A stretch of DNA of 49,085 nucleotides, the filler included, from Catajapyx aquilonaris (taxonomy: Eukaryota): NCBI GenBank assembly GCA_000934665.2. It is 2 parts of 2 records of this genome, joined end to end, with 100 filler letters (N's around TTAATTAATTAA, not from the genome) between each part and the next. Parts side by side here need not be neighbours in the genome. Positions count along the whole stretch, not along the records: positions 24,577 to 49,085 come from KZ539363.1; 1 more part is not named here. The stretch is one strand, 5' to 3'. How positions within the stretch are numbered: position 1 is the first letter of the stretch; the number at the start of each line of letters is the position of its first letter. The translations under genes and the position numbers were made by a program. Under the pieces are notes generated by a model that saw only the letters and a list, made by a program, of their open reading frames with translations, had not been told where the DNA came from and made no database searches. This document shows, piece after piece, positions 25,568-36,800 of this stretch.

Positions 25568-25850
25568 TCGTACCCCGGGATAAGCCAGTGGCTCTTTAGG
25601 GGGGATTTATTATTTCTTATTTTTTTGTCGAACTCTTTGCTTTCACTTTTACTTAGCTTTTTGGGATAGGATAGGGACGGAAGGAAGCGACTGTGGCCTA
25701 TTTTTACGGAAACAACTCCGAAATTCTCCTGGAGGAACCGTGGGAAACCACAGAAAACCACGGTTAGAGTTGCCGGCACCAGGATTCGAACCCAGGACTT
25801 CCCGATTAGCAGTCGGACTCCTTAACCACTACACCAACTGCTTCGGTGAT
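25463..25850 (-). mobile_element. tRNA-derived SINE, family B, with expanded (TTA)n tail
   Basis: A box, B box GGTTCGAATCC, 15-bp TSD GAACACCCTGAATAT. Confidence 0.9.
25473..25568. repeat. (AAT)n microsatellite (SINE tail)
   Basis: About 30 perfect AAT units. Confidence 0.97.
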
Positions 25851-25900
25851 GAACACCCTGAATATGATTGGCTTTAAATAACATTTTCTTTGCTTTAGAT

Positions 25901-26319
25901 CAGTGGTTTCCAACCTGGGGGGCGTGAGAGGATTTCAGGGGGGGCGTGAGGCCATGAGAAATACATAAAATAATGTATGTTTCCACTTGGCGCTGCTGGA
26001 AATATGAAGGGACCGACTTTTCTCCTTGCTTGTATCCGATGTGCTTACAGTGTAGGAAGATTCCACTGCACTTTGTCAGCTACATTCACCTAAACTTTGT
26101 GACCTTGAACACCCAAAAAAAAAATTGGCTGCGGCGGGCTTTTCGGCCCTTCTGTTGTTGCCCCCTTTTCAACAGGTTTTCATTCCTCAGTTATAAAATT
26201 TTCTTTCAAGAAACACTTGCTGAAATTTATGAGGGGGGGGNGGGGGGGGGGGGGGGGCGCGTGAGTGTTTGGTGAAAACGAAAAGGGGGGTGTCATGACG
26301 AAAAGGTTGGGAACCACTG
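25901..26319. mobile_element. hAT-Charlie-like MITE
   Basis: CAGTGGTT(T/C)CCAACCT TIRs; 8-bp TSD CTTTAGAT. Confidence 0.92.
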
Positions 26320-27747
26320 CTTTAGATGTTTATGAAGACTGACAGTCAGTCTGCTCTGATCCACAGGCACATAATTATCTGCTCTGAACTTAACACCACG
26401 AGCATTTGATCGGAATAAATCAGTATAATTATCTACCAGTAGCAGCAAAATAAATAGCATTTTTCTGCATCATACTTGAATTTCTGGAGACTTTTGAGAT
26501 AGGTTACAAAGACAGATAAGAAGGCTCGTGCTGGAGAAAGGCAGATAAGGGGGGGGAGGAAAAAAACCCAGCAGATAAGCACACACACATACCTATGCAA
26601 CGGGTTGTACCTCCACCAGGATGATGCGACAAAGTTTATTAACACAATTGTACACACACATGTTGCTGGTTCCCCCCCNNCCCCCCCCCCCCCAGGTGAA
26701 AATCCCACTGAGATATGGCAATGTCTGTCGGCAACAATGGAGTCGGAAGAACCATTTATTTCAAGTGGAGTTCTTGTTGTAACCCCATGATCATATTATT
26801 ATATCAAATGAACGGGCTGAAAATGAACATTTTGGTGGCAGCAGTTTTATCCGAGAGTGTAAAATAAAAATGCTAAAAAATTCGAATTACTGTGCAAAAA
26901 GGGCACATTTCAGATGATCGAATGTCATTGTTAAACACATGCTAGGAGTGTGAAATTAATATGGTAAGTAGGCCTACATGGTTATCTGGTCATTACTACT
27001 GCACTGACATCCCAAGGGGAAACACCCTAACTGCAAAACTAGTGAGAGTCGCATGCATGTCCTGCACTAACCCCTCCTGAGTCGGGGATTAGTGCAGGGC
27101 ATGCATGTGAGGACATTTTTCTCAATGTGTGACTGGGCCGATTTTAAAGTTACATATGTTAAAAGAAGCATCTTTTCATGATTGACCTGGCGAAAAACCT
27201 CAACCCTGATCGGTGGCCCTCAATGCAGACCTTCTGGCAGAGCGGAGGCAAATATGAACCTAGGTCTACTTCCAGTGTCACTGTTGCCTGGGATCATGGA
27301 ATATTCGAACAAGAATTGGTGTTCTAATAGTCCAAGACATGATTTACACAATGCTACTCATTGCAATCGTAATGTGGCTATACTCTTTCTGAGCCAGTCA
27401 GAGTTTCGCCAGCAACCACTGGCAACCGCCACAGGACAGAAAGAGCGCAGTTCGAAGAATTTCTCCTATCTTTTTGAGCGGTATAGTCCTTATGTATATT
27501 CTTAATATGGACCTAATCATAACTGTGTCTTGTCATGCTGTTTAAAATCTGCTGCAGCATGTGAAAATTGTAAGCAGCAGCAGCAGTGCATGGGTCTACT
27601 ACATACTCACACTGAATAACAGGCATCATTGGCAGTTCAAGAGAACACACCCGAGCTCCTAACCCAGTGAATCTGCATCTTTTGGTCAGGTAGAGTACAT
27701 GCTGTATCTGTATGGTGTTCAGATTAATGCAAGTTTACAATACTTAC

Positions 27748-27896
27748 AAACTTGAGCATGCTCCAGTCGAACACATAGTCGTACGTGAATCCCTGTCTAT
27801 GGAACAGATTTCGAAACAATTGCCTCAAGTAGCTATAGTCAGGCTTTTCTTCAAACCTTAAGGATTTGCAGTAGTTCAGGTACGTTGCAAACTCCG
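27748..27896 (-). CDS. dco: CK1 delta/epsilon coding exon 6 (end of kinase domain)
   Basis: (S)[49 protein letters not shown]; donor GTAAGT, phase 0; 149 nt. Confidence 0.96.
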
Positions 27897-30800
27897 CTGA
27901 AAACAGAAATGACACGTTGATCAAATGTCAATAAAGAACTTACCACAGAACCATTCTTTAACCCCTTCAGCCCCAGATCGGCCCGAACCACACAGTTTTT
28001 GGCTTACGCGTACTCCGAAGATACGGACAAGATATTTTGCAAATAATAACAGCTATACTTACGAGATCTGGGAAAACCCTATGAATGTGTCTGGAACCAT
28101 TTTACTCATCTAGAAGTCCCTAAATTAATTTCCAAAAAAGGGCTATAATAACTCGAAATTGGACTACTGCCGCCCAACTTTTTGGCTGATTTAATTATGA
28201 AATGCGTGAAAATATGCGGAATAACAACTTTGAGAACCATACCAGAGGAATTTGCTGAAATCGTCGTGCTTTGCGTGAAATAAATTAACACATATTTGCG
28301 GCTTTCTGGCACTTAGGAAAACTTCGGAAAACTCCCAAATTGATTTGTTTCTCATGAAGAACGACGATTTCAGAAAATTCATCTCATACTCATTTAGGAG
28401 TTTTCCTAAGTGCTAGAAAGCCGCAAATAAATATTAATTTATTTCTCGCAAAGTACGACGATTTCAGCAAATTCGTCTGGTTCTCAAGGTTGTTATTCCG
28501 CATATTTTCACGCATTTCATAATTAAATCAGCCAAAAAGTTGGGCGGCAGTAGTCCAATTTCGAGTTATTATAGCCCTTTTTTGGAAATTAATTTAGGGA
28601 CTTCTAGACGAGTAAAATGGTTCCATACACATTCATAGGGTTTTCCCAGATCTCATAAGTATAGCTGTTATTATTTGCAAAATATCTTGTCCGTATCTTC
28701 GGAGTACGCGTAAGCCGAAAACTGTGTGGTTCGGGCCGATCTGGGGCTGAAGGGGTTAAAAGTACCTACATGGGTATCCCTTGCATAGTTCCTCCACTGG
28801 CGTTGACATTTTCTTTTCACTAATCCTCTCATATTTCTGTCTCTTGGTTGCAGCTTTCAAGCCTTGCCAAGGAAGGGAACCACGATTGAAGTACATCAGC
28901 ACGTAGCCTAACGATTCCAGGTCATCCCGCCGGCTTTGCTCTAATGAAAGATATTGGTTAGAAACTATAATTCAGCAGACACAAATTAATGATATTTCCT
29001 GACCAATCCCGGAATGAGTGTTGATGCTAGCATAACGGGCTGTCCCGGTCAAGTTCTTGTTTTCTCTGTATGGGATGTGCTGGTGGGTTCGTGCATCTCG
29101 ATACTTCTTGGCTAGACCAAAATCGATGATGTACACCAAGTTTCCTTTCTTCCCCAGCCCCATCAGAAAGTTATCAGGCTTTATGTCTCTATGAATAAAA
29201 TTCTTGCTATGAATGTATTCAATCCGACTGATCTGAAATACAAGAGGCACATTGTTAGTGCATTCAAATGTTACAATCTCAATTATGACTAAAGTCCGGA
29301 TTTTTAGGCAAATGGCTATCTGGGATGGTTTTGTGAAGAGATCTATGCATTTCATAAGTGCAGGATGTGGAAAATACAGGCTTTATAGTGCCTAAAGGTC
29401 TAAACTAATATAGACTTGAAACTACGACTTGTGCACAAATCTCGTACTTTTGCGTGCGTTGGAACGCCGTTTCTGCATGCGTGGAGACCTCTTGTTGACA
29501 TTGGTTGATCGTGGTTGTCTGTGGTTGCCATTCACCGCGCGCAACTGTTGGCACCCTGGTGCGTGTGGGCCCCAGGTCGATCGATATGCAACAATTCGAT
29601 GCAACACTGTTGCTAAGCATTGTGGGTTCGTGTTGACACTCACCGCGCGCATCTGTTAGTCCGGGCCCTAAGCGTCTTAACCTTGCACTTTGTGATAAGA
29701 AGGTACCACTTCCTTAGTCCTATAGGAGCAATTCCATAGTTGCAGGCAACTGATTGGCCCCTTAGGTCACGAGTTATGCGGTTATGCTTAGGTTCCGGAC
29801 CAGGTTGGCAACACCGCATAACTCCTGACCTAAGGAGCGGATCAAGTGCCGCCATCTCTCAAACGACTCCTATACACCTAGGCAACATGTCTGCCAAGTG
29901 GCACCTTCTCATCACAAAGTGCCGAGTTAAAACGTTTAGTTCACTGATCAGGTTGGCAACACTGCATAACTCCTGACCTAAGGAGTCGATAAAGTGCCAC
30001 CATCTCTCAAAAGACTCCTACAGACCTAGGGAACATATGTGCCAAGCGGTACCTTCTTATCCCAAAATGCAACGTTAAAAACGCTCAGGTCATCAGTGGC
30101 CATGCTGGCAACACTGCATAGCTCGTGACCTAAGGCAGTGGTCCCCAACCTTTTTATCGCCCCGGACCGGTCAACGTTTGATAATTTTACCACGGCCCGC
30201 TGAGGGGGGGGGGGGGGGNTTACACCAAAAAATGAATATAAAGTGATTGAACATGTCACCTCACTTGAACGCAAAATCAATGAGAACCCTGAGCTTGTTT
30301 CTTTGCAACGAGACGGTTCCATCTAGGGGTATAGCGTTGGAAATACCCTGCCAAGGCCAGAAATACCGTACCACGGCCCCAGATCAGACGATATATCGAT
30401 AAATGTAGAAAAAAAAATGAAATGGAAATAATTGGGCGGCCCGGTACCATTTGATCCACGGACCGGTACCGGTCCGCGGCCCGGGGGTTGGGGACCACTG
30501 ACCTAAGGGGCCAATCAGTTGCCTGCAACTCTGGAATTGCTCCTACAGGCCTAAGGAACATATGTGCCAAGTGGCACCTTCTTATCACAAAGTGCAAGGT
30601 TAGGCCTGATTTTTGCGCTTAGGGCCCGGACTATGTTGGCGCCTTGTGCGTGTGTCGTCGATCTATTCCAGATAGATCACACACGCAAGGACATGCCACG
30701 AACTCGACCAGTAACCAATCACAGTCCTCGTGTGTAGTCACGTGGGTCTCCCCTGCTTGCCACACCCACTGCCCCTTTCTTTTGGCACCCCTGCCAATTG

Positions 30801-33800
30801 ACAACTTTCAAGTTTCCCGCCAGTATAGAGGCGGAATCTGGCGGGCTGTCAAAGAGCGCCGAAATCCTATCATCCACTGGAGTCTCGAATTGCCTGCCCA
30901 TTGTGGATGGGCCCTGCTTGTTCGCATCTGGTGGTCTGACAAAGAGGCTGCCAATCATCTTGGAGTGAGGAGGAACCTGCCCTTCCCTTGCCCAGTACAA
31001 TTGCGTTTTCCTAGTCTTCCTCCTTATTTGTATATGTTTATTAAGTTCCGACCACTTCCACCAAGGAATAAAAATTATCCTATAAAGGCTCCATTTTCAC
31101 CTCCTTCCAAAATCTCGGGGGCGCCCCTTAACCACGGGTTTTCGCAATATGGCTGAAACTTTTATTGATATGCAGAGTTATGTCATAGTCCTGCTCTGCC
31201 GTTATTTTTTTTCCCTGCGAAATCCCAGATAGTCGAGCAACATTTCTGCACTCTCTTGATTCGGAATGGCCCAACTATTTCGAGAAATAAGTTTGTTTGA
31301 CTGCCCCAAGGTCAAAAATTAAGTTCAGACAAAAGGAATGCTCATAATTGTGGGTTACGAGTGACCTAAGGAACATTGAAATAGCGATGAAAGTCCATGG
31401 ACAAAAAAAGTGTTACATAATAGTGTCATTACCTAAGAAAGTTACATTAAACATTGAGCACTGAGCAAGTCGCAACCAACTCAAAATTCGCTCAAGCAGG
31501 GGCAGGCTGCCAGGAGGGCAATTGACTTCAGACACATGGAAAGGGAAGGGCAGGTCACTTAAAATAATCTCAGGATGATCTGCCTGGGGGCCAGACCACC
31601 AGATGGGGACAAGCAGAACCCATCCACAATGGGCAGGTAATACGTGACTCCCGCGAATGATAGCATTTCGCCGCCATTTTGACATCATGCCGCTCGCGGG
31701 ACGAAACTGGAACGTGGTCAATGTAATTGTTGACATTCTATTGTTGGCACTGTTCCATATTCGTACTGCACAACGTACTGTGCATATGCCCTCGGGGATG
31801 GAATTGCTTGCGCATGTGCAGCCGGCGCGGCGGGATGGATTCAAACACACATAAGTTCGACTTTGATGCACAAGTCAATATGGAAACAGCCCTCTTTCCC
31901 ACGCAAACAAGGCCATGAAAACGCACACGCAAAAGTACGATTTTGACACACAAGTCGTAGTTTCAAGTCGATATGAGTTTAGACCTTAAAATGGCCTATT
32001 TCATGGTTTTGATAACTATTTTGCCTATTCTGCCTTTTTTCGACTTTTCATGCCTATTTGACCATTTTTGGGATAGTTTCGAACTTTTCGAAGCAATTTC
32101 GGGACTTTCTGGGCCTATTCCGGTCCTATTCCTTCAGAGGCATGGTTGGGTTTTTTTGTGGAGTATTTTTTGTGCTCCTGAAAGGACCAAAATCGTTCAG
32201 ATGTATGCGCCAGAAGGAGGTTCCCCAATCAGAGGAAAATCTAGATAAATATTTGGTAACATGTTGTGCAAGTGGAAACTGGCTATAAGCGGTTGAGTCC
32301 AGAGCAAGTAATTTTTTTCTTCTTCTTTTTACGTTACCCCATTAGAGAGAACAGAGCTTTTTTAGGGGGGTGGAATACCACCACTTTAATTCAATTTTCT
32401 GTAATTTTTCATCAAATCCGGTGCAAGGATGAAAGGACATGGGATAAGGATGGGGATTTCAGGGGAGGCGACACAGGTGCAAGTGCAATGTCTGAAAAGG
32501 GGTCATGTGCAGTCACCCAGGTTGCCAGACACCTCCAAGGCGTGGGTCAGGGATCCTACTGACGCAGGTGAAACGGAACCCGGGACCTTCTGCACAGCAA
32601 GCCGATACGTTACCGTCTCGGCCACCACGCCTTCCCAGCACGTGACACTTGCTTGCACTTTGTGTCTTTTGCCCAAGTTTTGTGATTTCCTGACAGTTAA
32701 TCACTGTTATTCGGTTTTTGCTCTGGTTTGTGACCTTATACAGGATGGCCCCGATAAATTAGGACAAATAAACAAGTAGATACAAACGCCGTTAAAAAGT
32801 GGAATAGATGATTACAATAAAATGAATTCTGTCAAACATAAGTACTGTATATACTTTTTACATTTTTCAATGTGTCCACAACAGCCTCCAGGAGCGTTCA
32901 AGACTCTCCTAGAGGACGATATTCAGCCCTGTGACGCTATTTCAGGTTCAAAGAGACCTTTAACTTAGGTAGGAAAGGTTGTTTTGAAGTATAATTTTTA
33001 CAAACAAATTAATTTTTTATTTGATAACCACAAAAAACACCCTCCTTATTTTTTAAATATAACAAGTACATGGTTATCTCATTCTACAAAAAAAATCCAT
33101 ACTTGTGTTAGTCATGGTTTGCGATCTGTGGCTTGTCGAAGCCACTGATGTATGACGTTACTAAAACTCACTTTGCATACGCAGTGGTAATTATCTGCAG
33201 GACTTGGCACCACTTTTATATCTTATTTGTAGAGAGAGAAGGAAAAGGTTTAATTTGACACCAAAATCAGCCCAATCGGTGAAAAAATAAGTAAATTACG
33301 AGGATTTTTCTAAACTGACGCAGAAACTCCGACCACTTGAATAGCGACAAAATCGCAATTTTCAACAATTTCTCCTGAACCCAATTTTGGACCAAAAAAT
33401 TTGGAAAAAATCATTTGATGTCACCTCATACGTAGCTGCTCATGATAAAATTTTGAAAAAAATCTGAGGTGTGAGAGCACGGTTGAACATTAAAATCAGG
33501 TCATCTGGCGTGGAATGACCCACTGTGCAACAGAACTTGCATATTCTCACAGCCTGTACACTCGCACATATTCATCTTAACATAATTTTAGAACGGTACT
33601 AGAATCATTCCCTTAAAAAATGACAAAGATCAAAATTACGGAAATCTACCTCAGTCATTGAGGATGCTGGCCAGCCCCGGGTTTTACCCCCATGCTGGTC
33701 AACCTCGTTTTATACCGGCATGCTGCTTTATGCGAGGTAATATGGTAATCAGGTGAATAGGCACGGAATACCTCTTGAAATTGTAGCCAGGGCCTGTGCA

Positions 33801-36800
33801 AAGGAGCAAAGAGGTACACTTGGAACGACATCAGGGCGACACTTCCCTGGGAGAGTGCTGAAATGGTTTGGGGGGACGGAAGTTTTTTTTTTGCCTAGCA
33901 GATAAAACACTTCTGAGGTTTGTGACCATGGTAACCGACCGGCACCAATGTCAAACATGGTGGCTCCCTCGTCTATGTTGGCTACCATGTTTGGAATGCT
34001 TACTGGGTCATGTGACATATCCAGCCAATGGGCCACCGGGACTGACGAACTTGAAAGGGGCCCTGAGGTAATTGAACAAGTTTTCAAACCACAGGTTAAG
34101 TTAACTTGAGATTTGTTGATACAACGCATGTCGGAGTTTTCTGAAAACCTCCGGTTCCAAAACCTCTGCTTTTCTCCCCTTTTAACTCATGTTGATACAA
34201 CCGGCCCTTAGTGCACAATATTCACTGTAATGTTAAATAAAACAGGGAAATTCAGTTTTAATTGGGGCTTCAACATTTATCCGGATATCCGAACCTGTTT
34301 TGGATCCCTCTTCCCAGATCTGCACTATCCGGATAGTGTTGGACGGTGTGGCATGCCCTTCGCCTGTTTGGGCCATGCCGCCAGAGGACTGCCCTGTCAC
34401 GGGGTGCATATTGGGCACTGATAAGGGAGCCACCTGGCGGAGGATGGCGGATGTAGGGTGAGGGTGTGTGAGACAAAGGAACAGACTGAGGTTGGACAGG
34501 CTAGGTACAGGTTTGGGTGAAGGTGGCCTCTGCCTGTGGGTTGTGTTCTGAGGGGCCTTGGGCCCCGGTGTTGTACAGTGAGTAAGGTGTGTGTGAGTGT
34601 ATGTGAGTATTTGGTAATTAAAGGCAGTTTGGTAGTAACTGTGTGTCTCCTTGGGGTGTGGGGCAAGGGGACTGGACTAGGCTGGTGTGGACACTAGGCC
34701 TGGCTCCAAGTAGCGTGCCTCCTATAGCCGGGCAGGTACGCGACAACGGTCTGGGAAGTCCGTGACGGCCTCTCTTTAACAATAACGAGGTTTTTTCTTA
34801 CTTTTTATTTTAGGCGGAAAAATTCACATTACAGTTTGAGAAAAAGATGAAATACCAAAAATCTGTTTATTGGGTTATTTTACTTTTTCAAATAACAGAT
34901 GTAAACAATTAATCATTGAATTTCGTTTGAAAATAAAAAGTAAGAAAAAAACCCCAGTTATTTTTAAAGAGAGCCCGTCGCGTCGGATCTATTGGGCTAC
35001 ATGTCTCTTTTTCTTTCTAATTGTACCTGACGGTCCTAAGCTCCTAACTGTAATTTTTGCAGGTGATATTGGGTTGGATTGTGGCCATATTAAGCAGACA
35101 TAGAGTAAAGGCTCAAAACATTCACAGTTTTGGTACATGATGTATCCTTTCTCCTTGGTTTTGTTTATTTATTTTTAATTGAGGCCTTTTCAGGCCAGAC
35201 AAAATTGCTTCGGGGTCAGGATCCGGACCGAGCTCCTCCAATTTAGTAGCCCCACACTATACAATTTGGAAAGTCTATCGTTTATCCGCACCTAGCGACG
35301 CAACGGGGTTGGGAAAGCATGGTGGGCTCCAAACATGTTGGCTACGCGTAGCAAACAATCGGTTGCCGGGAGAGCACAACAAAGGGCGTCTTGTTACCCC
35401 TGCCACGTGAACCGATCAGACGAGTGCTAGGACCACAGTATTAATGAAGGAGGTGGGAAATATGAAAGCCATGATGGTTTCTGCAGTCCGTTAACCCAAA
35501 GAACGACACTACATCAAGCAACCGTGAAGGCATTCGATTTTGGCTGGCAGCAGTATCAAGGCACCCAATTGTTTGCAACCTAACGTTGCCAACCGTCGGG
35601 AGGCCCCCCACCCACCCAACCCCGACCACGTTGTTAAGGTGCGGATAAACAATAGTTTAGCCTACGATTTAAACACGCAAAATCCGAAGAAACACTTAAA
35701 TACGGTGAAACCCGTCATAGAAGTATTATTTGAAAATAAAGAAGCCCTAATAAGAAGGAAAAACACAGAAATCAAATTAACCTCATGTTCTGACATGGAC
35801 AATAGGCCTAATGAAATACTTTGGGATGGACCATTTGAGTGGAAGTTTTTACCTGCCGCCAATAAATGCGTGTTTAATTATGCGAATAAAATCTGTTCAT
35901 GTTTCACAGCAAACCTCCGATCCGAAACCCGGACCGTCCGACACTATCCGGATAATGCGGATCTGGGAAGAGGGATCCAAAACAGGTATCCGGATACCGG
36001 ACAGCCCAGATATGTAGAAGCACTAGTTTTAACCTATTAGCATTTTCAGACGGGGCAGGTGCAGGATTGTCTACACAAACATTTGCAAAAACCCTTTAAT
36101 CCAGGGTTTCTCAATTCTTGATTTGCCCTCGTACATCGTATTACCCAACACCACTGGCTATTAGTCACTCACCAACTGATCTGCTAAAAGGAGCACCGTC
36201 TTCAGAGAGAATCTGCGTGAACAAAAATTAAATAGATCCTCTAAGGATGGTCCCAACAACTCCATAACCATGACATTGTAGTCGCCCTCTGAGCCACACC
36301 ACTTGATCTGTGGTATCCCAACTGGAACAAATAAAAGTTGTTGTTAACAAAGCCTCCTTGATACAAACACCAGTATACACCAGCACAAAATTCATGACAT
36401 GCAGTGTTTCTCAAGAATATGTCATCCTGATATCGACAGTTCTGTCTCATGAAGAATCTTTGCTAGGCTAATCCTCCCAGGGGAACACACAAAATGACTA
36501 AGGTGAAGTGGGGGAAGTGCACACCCGGGGTAAGTGCACATATTGTGCCGCCATATTGGAATGAAAATGGCTGACGACACCAAAACGCGTCAGCTATGTA
36601 GCTGCACAGTGCAGCTACGTAGCTGACGCGTTTTGGTTGGCACTTACCCCGGGTGTGCACTTCCCCCACTTCACCTTATATGTTTGCTCATGTGTAAAAC
36701 TTGAACTGAGTGGCAGGACTGAAGTGATAAAGGGTCTTGTCTGTCATTTAGTGTAAACTGAAAAGGTACGCTTTCTTCACATGGCATATGGAATGGGGAA

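Larger units (their letters stand above)
29396..31986. mobile_element. PIF/Harbinger-like non-autonomous element (outer layer of a nest)
   Basis: TAA|AGGTCTAAACT...AGTTTAGACCT|TAA with about 65-bp TIRs. Confidence 0.85.

Noticed and set aside
25445..25779. Poly-Asn and poly-Leu ORFs
   Set aside because: They are translations of the (AAT)n SINE tail
29680..30135. Regularly spaced repeats suggesting a CRISPR-like array
   Set aside because: They are about 120-bp degenerate tandem units with no unique spacers, inside a MITE, in a eukaryotic context with no cas genes
30644..31871. 170-aa and 152-aa ORFs
   Set aside because: They lie within non-autonomous TE inverted repeats and show no recognisable domain or splice support
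35540..36040. 166-aa ORF antisense to CK1
   Set aside because: It has a non-ATG start, runs into the hAT terminal repeat and shows no domain
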